DNA of 64,000 nucleotides, from assembly GCA_001643675.2 (NCBI GenBank), contig LSRY02000043.1, forward strand, positions 558,001 through 622,000. Reading direction: 5' to 3'. The notes under the pieces are model-generated. The model did not search any database, was not told where the DNA came from, and saw nothing but the letters and a program-made list of their open reading frames with translations. This stretch comes from Monocercomonoides exilis PA203 (Eukaryota; Protista; Preaxostyla). Shown one piece after another: positions 1-11,999 of this stretch. A program made the translations under genes and the position numbers. The first letter of the stretch is position 1, and the number at the start of each line of letters is the position of its first letter.

Positions 1-916
1 AATCGGAACTATTAAACTCTGCACGGCAAAGGCGGATTTTGATCTTCATTTCAAGGGAAATAGAATAACCATGTTAATAAAGACACTTCAATGAACAATT
101 ATCTTTTTCGAAACTTCATCTTTCGTGTTTTTAAAATTCTCTTTCATCTAATAACCAATCATTTCATCAAAACTTAAAAGCATTTCTTTTATCCATCTCA
201 CTTCTTTCAATTTATTCCAAAATAGTCTTTTCATCTTCATATCTCTTTCTCTCTGCTTCCTGTAACTTTTTTTCTTGTTCCAATCACATTTTTTTGGTGA
301 GCACTTTCCCACTTCTTCCATTTTCTTTTAATCAACATTATCGCTATGTGATTTGAACAAATCATCTTTGTTAAAGTCTCTTGTTAATTCCATTTCCTAT
401 TCTCACAATCAATATGCCCAATTATTTTCATCAAAAAACCGAAAAGAAAAAGCAAAAACTAATATGAATCAAAACTAATAAAAAAAATATAAACACCTAT
501 TCATGTGCAAGAATGGCTTATTTTTCTACATTTTTGCGTTGAATTTGGAACTTAATTCATTCTCTGAATCGTTAAATCATTAGCAAAAATTCATTTCTGT
601 CAAATAACATTAACGAGGTAAAATTTTAATACAAACGCAAAACATGTGAAAATATTATTAAATTGAATACTCATATCATATCAGCGATATAGAAATAAAC
701 ACCTCTGAAAGTTCAAATAATCAAAATAATTAAACAGCATCTGAAAATTATTCTTAGGGTTCATCAAAATTAATTTTTATTATTCCAAATATCTTTAAAC
801 AATTGTTCAATGAATGGAAGATTTAAATATCGCACTTTGAAGTTGCCCTGAGCGACGTGAGAAAAAAAGTTTAAAACGTATATCACCAATTTTCTTCTTG
901 AATATATATATATATA

Positions 917-1274
917 GGGTGGTCCTAAATATTTTGCAAAAATTATTAAAAATGGGAAATTGAAAATGAATTATCAAAAAAATTTCGATAAAACTGAATT
1001 CATTTTACATTTATCAGTTTGAAGGTGATCAAATATATGATAAGCTTCAATTTGTTGCAGTTTGGAGCTTCCGAATAACCGAACAATTCATTCCTTGAAA
1101 ATGAATATTTTTCTAAATTTTTGAACTTATATGATTTTTCAAGAATTTGATTGATGGACAAGACGATTGCAATTAATTACAACTTATAATGGTAATTATT
1201 TTTATGAAAGATTTTTTATCATATCAATTTTTGTGCCATAATTAATAATTTTTACAAAATATTTAGGACCACCC
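917..1274. mobile_element. 358-bp MITE inserted in a (TA)n tract
   Basis: TIR GGGTGGTCCTAAATATTTTG(C/T)AAAAATTATTAA (33 bp, 1 mismatch) at both ends, flanked on both sides by TA dinucleotide runs, so the TSD could be TA or TATA. No ORF. Confidence 0.9.
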
Positions 1275-2539
1275 TATATATATATATATTTTATCAAATG
1301 ACAAAACATATTTAACATATCAAATTGATGCAAAACTTCCAACAAATGCCTCCATCACAACATAACAACCAAGAGGCGGACCCAAGAAAACTTGTTGTTA
1401 CAATTGAAAATCAAGAAAGACTAATACACCTTTAATTTCCGATAGTGCACAATCAAATGAAAAAATTTATGAAGGGAATGAAGTTTTGGTTTGTTCAAAT
1501 TATCAACAGACTTTGCTTCCTCGAAAATCAAAGTTTATTTGAAATCAAAAGTTATTTCAAATAGTTGGGAAAAGAAATGAGAAGACAAAAAAAGATTTGA
1601 ACAGTCTGTGAACGAAAAATGACAATTCAAATATTTAAAGAACTGAAAATGGATGTGATCAAAATGAGCGGAGTGATGATGAATTTTGCATGAATGAAAG
1701 TGATATAAATTTTGATGAAGAACTGTTGTCAAATCCACAACACAATTGTTCTTTTTGGATGAGTGTTCAAAACAATAAAAGAATTAAAGCAATAAGTAAA
1801 AATCAGAAAAAGGAGAAATCATTAAAAATGAAAAGAAAATAATAGTTGGAGACCTGAGAAAACTTTCAGTTGATTTTTCAACGATTCAACATTTTGAAAT
1901 CAACACCTTAAAAATTTAAATGACATAAAAACACTTGAAGAGAGGGCATAGGTGTAAATTGAACCACTTTTTGTGAGCACTTTTGAAATTTTTTAACTAA
2001 ACGCCGTTAATATACATAATTAAACAAAGCGGTTCAAGGAGTGAAATTTCGAAATTCGATCATGAAAATTTTCAAAAAAATTTTTGATATTTTGCAACCC
2101 ATAATATTTTCATTGAGATCAAAAGAATTAAAAATTCAATTTGACAACTTCACAAAGTTTAAAGCAACTTTGCAATGAAAAGGCCAAAGAAGAACTAATT
2201 TTTTATTGTTTGTCTTGGAGTATTTTCACTTTCACAGTTTTTAATACAGTTATTATTAAATTATTCAATATTTTAATTATGCATTTGTACACACATAAAT
2301 GTGGACATCGTGAGTTTTGCAATTGCAAATACCTAAAATGATAAACATGATGTTTGCATATTAATTTTTTGTTTATAAGAATATCACTGTTTTTTCATTG
2401 CTTTTGTATTTGTTTCTATATTAATGTTAAATATTTGCAACATAAACTTGTTTATCATTGGAATTGTGGACATATGTTTAAGTATTTATCTATTTCATTA
2501 TCAGTTTTATTCGCAGGCGTTTCAGTGATGATTGAAGGA

Positions 2540-3476
2540 TCAAAATGAAAGAATGAAAGGAAATGATTAAAGTGAAATGGATGGAATGACCAAAGGCAGA
2601 TGCGTGCAAGGCGGGAAGGTGTGTAGCGGGGATAAACATAATGCAGCTGAGCTCTGCAATCAAAGTGTTTATCAGAAGGCATGAGAGTGAAATAGCAACG
2701 ATCGGTGTGTAGAAAAATGTTATAATAACAGAGAAAGGAAAGACAGTGAGTGTTATTGAGACGAATACTCTTTCTTCTTAATCAGCAACGCTGTTCACTG
2801 TGATGAGCTGGCAGTTGGAGTCGAAATATTATTGCTTGCTGAAATAACGGCAAATCCCAGGTCTGAAGAAGGTCATCCAATAAAATCATTCGTACTTGTG
2901 CTGGCACAGCCACAGCTGCCAATAACTGCCGTTGAGATGAAAAAACAAAGTTCTGCTGCAGCCCCTCGTCTCCACGCTGCACCCCTCCCAATCTCCGTTT
3001 CCATTGCTCCCATCCCCTTCTCCGCTGTTTTGGCAAACCCAGGCACCCGGATCATCGAAAAATTCTTCTGTGGCGAAACATCCCCAGCTACGCCCTGCTG
3101 AGAAATAAAAAACGAAAAAAAAGACATGCAGAAGGTGTAACACGATAACAGCTCCCTCGTGAGGCAAACAAAATGGCACACCTCCACCAGCCTGGCAGAT
3201 TAGATAACATTCTGAAAGGAAACGGTGACACCCACCGACACCAAGCTGCCCCACATGCCCGCTCACGCAACCCCACCACAACACATTTCCAGCACAGCGC
3301 GTAGAAAGAGGCATCACATACATGTTCCATGAGCATGAACAGCCCTCAGATAGATGAATCGCTGCCCCATTTCCCCGCCAGCTCAGAGACTCTGCAGCCG
3401 TATAACCTAAAGGTTCATATAACTCCCCACGAGGATGCTGTACTCTATATCTGCACCATACAGAATCGTTTTTCAA
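2540..3476 (-). pseudogene. GC-rich degenerate host-gene fragment (cargo of element A), Cys/Gly-rich surface-protein-like
   Basis: Abrupt rise in GC inside an AT-rich element; broken reading frames with GNGAAIHLSEGCSC-type segments (ORF 2886-3476). Confidence 0.45.
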
Positions 3477-3899
3477 AAAGCTCGTTGATTATTTTGGCTA
3501 ATTATTGATTTTCATTTCACATTCACAAACTTTTTATTAACGAATTCATTTCTTCAAAAATATTTCAAAAAAATGCTTTATGTTGAACTTAAAGTTGTCT
3601 ATAAGAGCTGATTTCCAAAAATTCAATTCATAATTTTCGCAAATGTGTTAATTTAGCTTGACTGTTTTCTAAATAAAATGCATACTTTGCTTCTCCTGTG
3701 TTTTTCTTGTATTCATCAACTCTTTTCAGAAACATGGATGAAATAAAAATAGCGCTGCAAAAAAAAGCAATTAAAAAAACAAAAATGAATTGATAAAGAT
3801 AATTTGAAAAAATCAACAGCAATGAAATAAAAATTCAAAAAAATTAAGATAAACGAGTTTGTAATTAAGAAATCAAAGATTTCGTAATCTGATCAAACA

Positions 3900-4770
3900 A
3901 ATGAAGTTTCTTTGAATATTTACTGCATACCACTTTCAATTGCCTCCTTGTCTTAACCTCTGAGTTTTCTCCTCCTCTTTATCCTTCTTCACTTCTCGTT
4001 CAGCAAAGCTCTATTGCTTCAAAATTCCCCTTGACCATCTCAATCTCCTTTCCTCGAATTTCTGAAAGCAAAATCTTACAGCCTCTATCGTCAATTGCGT
4101 CTGCTTTTTTTTCGCTGCTGTTTGATGTGGTTTGTGATCATCCATTATTACCTCCTCTTTCATTTCTTGCCTCGAAAAGGCTCATCCTTTCCTCAGCTTC
4201 ATCTTCATTCCCCGCAACCTGCCACATATCATCCTATCTCTTTTCACTTCTCCCATTTTTTACTCTGTTTTCTATTCTGTTTCTTCTGAAACATGCAGTT
4301 GCTTTCAATTCTATCATTAGAAACAGATACTTCAAAGACATTCCTCCAATTTTTACATAAAGATTTTTTCGCATGCAAACACTCCTCAAAACCTTTTTCT
4401 TTCCCGCAGCAACTTCTTCACTTCATGACTCTTCTTTTTCTTTCTCTTTACCCAACATTCCATAGATCCTAAACTCAATGATCAAGTTCCTGTGTGACTA
4501 ACAATCTTTGTCTAACAAGCTATTTCTTCATTCTCTCTTCTTTCAACATTTCTCGCTTCAAATTCACTGTGCATACAATCATCTCGTCAGTTGTTCTTCT
4601 TCTTTCCATGTTCCTCCAAGATGCATAGAAAATGACAAGGAAATAATCATTCCTTTTTCAGCATCTTTAACTTTAACTTTGTTTTTGTTAGATCCATCAA
4701 TTCACTTTATGTGTCATCTCTTTCGTCCAGAATCGCTTCCGTCTTTTGAAAAGCAGCGTTTAATTCAACT
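3900..4770 (-). pseudogene. Degenerate charged/coiled-coil host-gene fragment (second cargo of element A)
   Basis: Minus strand reads as E/K-rich codons (e.g. VELNAAFQKTEAILDERDDT*SELMDLTK) with many stops. Confidence 0.4.
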
Positions 4771-5285
4771 TCTATTTTATCAATTGTTTATTAAGGAAAT
4801 AAAAATAAGAATGATAAATATTTTATAACTATTTTTTAAAAATAAGAAACATTGATAAACAATAATCCAAACGTATTTCATTAATAGCTTTATTTGATTT
4901 TGCTTGATTAACAACAACTATTATTGAGTGTACGCTATTTATAAATCCAACTATTTAATCAGTTAAAAATTATGATATAAAGGAAATATAAGAGGAAAAT
5001 ACTCCAAGACAAACAATAAAAAATTAGTTCTTCTTTGGCCTTTTCATTGCAAAGTTGCTTTAAACTTTGTGAAGTTGTCAAATTGAATTTTTAATTCTTT
5101 TGATCTCAATGAAAATATTATGGGTTGCAAAATATCAAAAATTTTTTTGAAAATTTTCATGATCGAATTTCGAAATTTCACTCCTTGAACCGCTTTGTTT
5201 AATTATGTATATTAACGGCGTTTAGTTAAAAAATTTCAAAAGTGCTCACAAAAAGTGGTTCAATTTACACCTATGCCGAAGAGAG

Positions 5286-6115
5286 TACAAGAGATTGATT
5301 GAATTGGAGTGAATAATACGGAAGAGTTGAAACAAGAGAGCTTCGACAAATAAATCAAACAGCTCGTCCAAACATCTCCCCAGCACCGAATGCTCAAAGA
5401 CACCGCTTAGATGCACCATCGAGATTATCCATTGCATCGAGAACAGATAAGAAAGAAGTTGTTTTGCCACAAAGAAATAAAAGTGTTCCATTAAAAGAGC
5501 AGTCAGAAAGATCTCACATTTTGGCATATAAAATGTCCACTCAATTTTGCCATTGTTTGAAAAATTATGCTTGGGCTCTTGAAAAAGTTCCTGTGTTCGG
5601 CTTTTAATAATACTTGGGAAGAGCATTATGGTACTCAATGCAAACAATTCGAAGAACCATAATTCCATGTTTATAAGAACTTTCAGAATTTGAAACAAAC
5701 GAAATTGTTGATGAATAAGAAAGACGAATTGTTTGAAGAGTTTTGATGGAAACACATAACGCCAAAGATCAATTGTATCAAAAGGAGAACAAGGATGTTA
5801 TTTTGAGAAAAGAAATTCTGAACGAATCACACAAAAAGGAAGCATTGATTGTGGGAGATTTTGATATAATTCTGGAATCGATGCAGGCCTAAATTGTGGA
5901 AAAACTCAGAGAAGCTCCTTTGTTTATTTTCGCTCTTTCTACAAATGCATAAGCCCACTCATGTTCGAATAAAATAATGAAGGATATTGTTCGTGTATTT
6001 GCAAAAAAAGAACCTTCTTTTGCTAAAGAAAAATTCAATTTAGCATTTGGAAAAGGAATAAAAGGAGATGACCATTGCGTCATATTGGAAATTGATTTGT
6101 GTTTCAAACATCATT
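5286..6115 (+). pseudogene. Degenerate ORF interrupted by element A; weak EEP/APE-nuclease-like motifs
   Basis: Manual translation gives ...EALIVGDFDII... and ...GDDHCVILEID..., echoing the GDFN and SDH motifs; several stops. Similar coding-like sequence at 1325-1944. Confidence 0.3.
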
Positions 6116-6159
6116 AAAACTTCATTTAGCGGTTTGAGGAATTCTTAATTCAAGAACAT

Positions 6160-9100
6160 GGGTGATTTTTTTTGACTTCATTAAAAAAGATCAAAAATCG
6201 AAAAAATAAAATCTCTTGTGGTATTTATTGATCAAAGAGTTTAATTGAATTTTTGAGTTTTTAGCTTTTTAAACTGTAATATATATTTGTTTTATTGTTT
6301 TATTTAAAAAAAAAAAACATACCTTTGTGTTTTGAAAGAAAAAGAATTTTTGATCAAGTTTAAAAAAAATATTTTGAAAAAGAAAGAATAATCAAACTTT
6401 TAAAGGAAAATAACTATTTCCAAACAAGTTAAACATAACTTTATAAAGTAAAAATTTGAAAAAGAACATTCATAATCGCACGAATACTTGAAATTTGATT
6501 ATTTCAAATAAAATCCAATGAGTTTTTTGTTTATCCAGCTAAAAATTAATCACCAAGTTTCAGTTACAGCCGTGCAGTTTAACGGACTCATCAAATGGAA
6601 ATTGTGTTTAAAAGGAACCAACAATCAATCAGAACAACTGATTCAATCTTGTCATTTCTTTTTTTATTCTTCGAATAAAAAGCTCTTCCCACTTCATTTT
6701 CAATTTATAGCTCCTCTTCCTTCTGTTTCGAATCAATTTATCCAAATATTCCTTTTGAAAATACCGCTGATATTATTCACTTTCATTTTCAGTACTTTCT
6801 GCTCCATTCTTCTCGTTATGTTCATCAATTACTCTGACAACACTTGCATATCTCCGAAGAAACACGTGCTTTTTATTTTTTTCACCAAGTTCATCTGCTT
6901 CTTTGTTATCCAAAAAGTGTGCGAAGGAGCATGAAGAATGGATGTGCATTTTGTGTGTGAATCCCTTGTCACTTCTGTGAAAGAGCCCTTGTTCGCCTTC
7001 ATGGGAAACATCACTCAGAAAGAAAATTCGGCTGTTGGACATGCAGAACAGAAGCAATTGGAATTTCTATTAATAAATCTTTACCAACGGGCATACAGCT
7101 AACAATGAATATGTGGATAATCATCTTGGCAACAAAGCAACGCATTGCTGGCTATCAAAGACGCCCTGAAAGAGCGTGTTCAACCCGATGGGCTTCTGAA
7201 GAAGGTGCAGAACATAAGTTCGAGATTTTTGAGTGAGCTGATTTGTCTGTAAATTGGTTGTGTGATAACCAAATGGAAGAATGGAGTTTAGATAAAGTTG
7301 AAGAAGAAAAGAAAGCAACAATTGGAGAAAGTGTGGAAGTTCGGATGAAGTTGAATTGAAGCGAAACGATTAATCCTCGTCTTTTCAGTCATAGAAAATC
7401 ATTATTATTTTATTCACCACTCCTCAAATATCTTTTTTTCTATATTTCTAATTAAATTTCATACAGACGATACCATTTGTTGTCCAAAGGAAAACTCCTT
7501 CTTTCCTTTCTTTAACTTTCTCTATTCATCATTAAACAGTTTTTCTCAAACGAATATTTGCCCAGTCACATTTGTAACGATTATCCAATTAAACCACTCC
7601 CTCTTCTCCTTCAACATTACAATCACATTCAACAAGAATAACTTTCTCTTCTTCTTCTCCAACTTCTTCATTAACTACTTCCACATTTATTTCTTCTCCT
7701 TCATCTCCTTCATTTTCGACTTCTTCTTTTATGAAGATTAATTCTCATTCAAAATATCCAAAATATATCTATCCTTCTCTTTCCTCTTCTTCTCATTTGT
7801 TTTTGTCTTTTTCTTCTTCCTCTTCTTCTTTATCTTTTAGAGAATAAGAAGAAAATTATAAAGAAAGAGAAATATAAACAGAAAGGAATATATCAAGACA
7901 CAATTCTTCTCTTTCTTCTCTTTTTCTTCTTCTCCCTCTTCTTCCTCTCCTTTCTTTCAACACATTAGAAATTAGTTCTTTATTCTCTTTTCTTTCTCAA
8001 TTTGCACATTCTAAATACTTTCTCATTTCGCTCATATGCTGAATCTTCACTCTTCTGCGTCTTGTTGAAGCTTTGCGGAATTTTTGTTTCTTTTCTTTTG
8101 CTTCCTCCTACGATAAATGAGTTTCACTTTTTGTTGAATTTGCTTCATCCAGTATCTTCGCTTCTCTCTGCTCTTATTTTGCTAATGTTCCATTGTTCTC
8201 ACACCCGCTTTGCCTCTCTTTTCCTTTTTCTCATCTCTCATCAATATGTCTTCCACATTTATCTCATCTTTATCAAAATCGAATCATATTTCTTTTTCTT
8301 CTATTTCTCATCTTTATCATCATTATTATTTCTTTTATCATATCTTCTTTTTCCCTTCCTTCACTTCTTCTTTTTTCTTTTCAATCTCATCCTCCTAACA
8401 GATTGTTAAATTAGCTGCATTTTGTGTTGTGTTTCAGAAATATGGCTTCTCACACCTGGAACAATACCTTCCGCGAATATTTTTGCAATGCAGGGGTCAT
8501 CTGCAGAAAGTTGCTGTTTTTCCGAAGCAAAAGTTGATAATTGATCTGGTGATAGGGTTGCAGGAGGAGAATATCGAAATGGAGATGTTTAACTTGTTGC
8601 TACGGTGAATGTGCTGGACAACTAGAAGACAACGACCTGATGCTTCAGCTGTGCTCGCTGGACTTGATGGTGCGGAAAATGCGAACAGCTTTGCTGTTCT
8701 GGCCAAGAGAAAGAGAGTCATTTCAAATAAAAATTCCATGTTGAGTGCTATTAGTGAAGTCCATTTCGTTGTTGCCTAATGGGTTGCTGAAGAAGCCATG
8801 TTGCAGATGCGAAATACTTCTGCTTATTGAGCATCACTTATGAATCGCTGAAGAGCTATTCGGAAAACTGTTGTGCTTCCAAGGGAAAATGGAACACCGC
8901 TCTGGGCAATGGATTTTTTGGCTGTTACACTCGCTGTACTGCTGTTTCACTTGGATATGTTACTGCAGAGTGGATTGAGCAAGATGGCAGTAAAGAAGGA
9001 GTGGGTCATGCTGAAGTGGCTTCCCTGCTGATTTGGAACAGAAGAAGCAGAAGAAGAAGGAAGTGTGTACAGCAAGGGATCCGCCAAGGAGTCAGTAGAA

Positions 9101-11170
9101 GGAAGAGTGGGACAATACGAAGGAAAAGCGACAGCTGGTGAGGATGCAGTTGTTGAAAATAGCTACAACAGCGATGAGAAAGATGTGGCGAAGTGAACAG
9201 GTACAAGATTTCCAGAGGTTCAATCGACTTTCACGTCAGCAAGGGAGATATGGGTGTCGAAGAAAAAGGAGGCAAAGATTCAGGATGCGTTGCTGATGGA
9301 AGGTGCGATGTGGAGTACGGCTGTGAAGAGTGAAGCGCAGGAGGCAAGCGGGGAGCATCACGGCGGGCAAAGGAGACGATGTCTTGGTAGACGAATATCT
9401 GCTGGGCGCGTTAGAAGGTGATGAAGGGGAGAAGTTCGATATCTGCATCGAAATCCAAATCAAGATCCGTATGGAAGGAGTCGGAACAACAGTTTGAGGT
9501 GTTTGTATCGAGGGAGTGCTGTGTGAAGTCGATGGAAAGGAGGGACTCGTTGATCTGGGCGGGGATGGAGGAGTACCGGAAAAAAACATCCTTTCCGAAG
9601 AAGGCGTCTTTCAGGCGAAGTGGAAGTTGAGGATGGAGAAGGGGAGATGGGGGCCGGCTGTGGACAGCTCGAATCCTCTAAGCTCGTCGAGGGCGCTCAG
9701 GTTCACGCTGGGCATGTTCCAGTTGAAATGATCTGCATCCATTTCTGCCTTCATCTAACTCCCTGACGCAAACACCTTTCTGCCCTTCCACGTATTGCAT
9801 CTGGCAAACATCACGTGCTCGAGGGCAAATTGCCTGGTGGCATCTGCCTCCCCCATCAACACCCCTCTGCCCAGGCCAGAGCTTTGTTCCTGCCTCCATT
9901 ATTTGAAACAGTGTCTTCCTTGAAGCACGAATCATGAATCAACAGGACAGCCCCTGCCTCCAGCTTTGTGGCAACACATTCTTCTTTGTCCTTCGTTTGG
10001 TTCCTCATTTCCTTCTCTGCTTCGCATCTTCCCACTCCCACAATCTTCACCTGCTCCCCTTCTCAACTCGACTTCTGTATATGATCAAAAATCATTTTGC
10101 TTCCCTTCACAATGCTGTAGTCTGTGCACTCTGTCAGTAAAAATATGTAACAAACCTTTTCGCCCAGTATTTCGAAGTCGCTCAGTATCAAACTTTCAGA
10201 TCCGAGTATTATCAGCTAGAAGCTCAACCTCTCCTCATCTCCAAGTTGCAAGCTGCGACTTGTGTTGCACTATTCGTATGATTGTTTTGTCTTTGAGGCT
10301 GAGCAAGCGGTTCGATGAACCAAAAGCTGTCTAAATTATGGATCAAATTATAAGTCAGAAGAATATTTATCATCAATTGATACGGAGTTGTTGGTGAATT
10401 TAGAAGATGAATAATTGTTTCAAAACAATAATTGAAGAAAGGCAGTGGGCGAAGTTATCAGTCATACAACAGATGGTTGAACCTAAAAGGAGGAAGTGGA
10501 AGAAGTGTCGTTGAAGAAGAAGCTTGAGGAAGATGAGAAGGAAGAAGAATGGATGTCTGCGAGGAAATCATAAATATGCTTAGGAAGTTTAAAATTTATC
10601 TGAAAATGAACTTCTTGAATTGCATTGCCTTTTCCTTTGCATTTTTAAAACAAAAATTTTCAATAACATTTTTTGATCAGTTTATTTGGAAATTCATTTT
10701 ATTTAGTAAAACAAACACAACTCATTGTTTTTTTGATAAATGTTATTCACAATAACACATTTATAATGCAATTGATTTTGAAAATATGATATATTCAGCA
10801 AATTATTATAAAATTTTAAAAACAAATTTCAAATTTTCTTTTCAGAAATTTTGTTACACATATTTTTTCGAAGAAGAAGAATGATTATGTTTTTGTGATA
10901 ATTGTTAATTAATTTTTTAAACTGGCAAACTTATGTTTTGTCTGTGTGTTGAAGTTTTGATATTTTTTGGATAACATTTTCTATTTTTTGAAAATATGAA
11001 ATAAAAAGTATAAAAAACAAATTCAAATCTACAATTAATTAATAAATATAAAATATTAAACTACATTTTCGAATAATATATTAAAAAAACTTTCAAATTA
11101 ATACAACCCTTATAGAAAAATTTTCTTGATCAAACGTCGGAAATTTTTATGATATCAAAAAAAATCACCC
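6160..11170. mobile_element. 5-kb non-autonomous element with short TIRs, 4-bp TSD and mosaic cargo (Sola-like ends)
   Basis: Left end GGGTGATTTTTTTTGACTTCAT; right end, reverse-complemented, GGGTGATTTTTTTTGATATCAT. ACAT directly flanks both ends (6156-6159, 11171-11174). Same terminus as the GGGTGATT MITEs elsewhere in the window. Confidence 0.8.
6650..10560. pseudogene. Mosaic of degenerate host-gene fragments inside the 5-kb element
   Basis: Blocks with distinct composition and purine skew (pyrimidine-rich 7480-8400, GC/purine-rich 8430-9720, switch near 9730), many short broken ORFs, no intact gene. Confidence 0.5.
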
Positions 11171-11999
11171 ACATGGATCAACGTTCATTCAATTCGACAA
11201 TTGGAGACTTGGAGAATTGAAGAACCAGCGTGTTTGGGGATTGAGAAAAGGGGAAATAAGAGTGAGAATTCAAAAGGATGAAACGCAAGGAGGATATCCA
11301 AACAATCTATTTGTGGTATAATTTTTTGATTTATGAAAAAATTCACATTTTGTTCCAAACTTCTTTTGCTTTCATATCTTAATATGTTTGACATTATCAC
11401 GATTAAAATTGAATTTTTTATATTTCCATTATTATAATTTAGACAAACAATTCAGAACAAACGTTGTTCTTTTGGAAATGACAGAAGAATATGTATGAAA
11501 TGTGATTCAGAGCTCAACATTTTTACTCGAAAATTCGAAGAGAAAGGAAAGAAGCAAAAAAGAATTGTTTGTGCTGTGGAAGAAAATTTGTTATTATCTG
11601 GGAAGAAATGTAGACAATTATTAATGTAGTTAGATGAAAAATGAGTCATTCAAAATGACACCAAAAGAAGAAGCGATGCTCATGAAATGGACAGAATTCA
11701 ATCATTATTTATGAAATATGAAAAGGAAAGAGAAGTGGCTAAAATTTTTGAAGAAGAAAGAGGACCTAACATTGTTCACCGAAGGGAAAAGCAGAAAAAC
11801 ATGTTTTGTTAAGTATTTCTATCTAAGAAATTATTAGTGCAACAATCTCAAAGACATTTCACTGATGCGACGAGAGGTTTTCAGATGGGTGGAGAGCGAC
11901 AGTAGGCTGTAGATAGCTTAGTGAGAGAGAAATAAAACATAATCTTGCATTGGCATTTACATACACGCAGCAAGGAATTTATTCACGTAGATATGATGT

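Larger units (their letters stand above)
1945..5277. mobile_element. Non-autonomous long-TIR DNA transposon with host-gene cargo (Merlin-like ends), element A
   Basis: 283-bp inverted repeats 1945-2227 and 4995-5277 starting GGCATAGGTGTAAATT; exact 8-bp direct repeat GAAGAGAG at 1937-1944 and 5278-5285; no transposase ORF inside. Confidence 0.95.
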
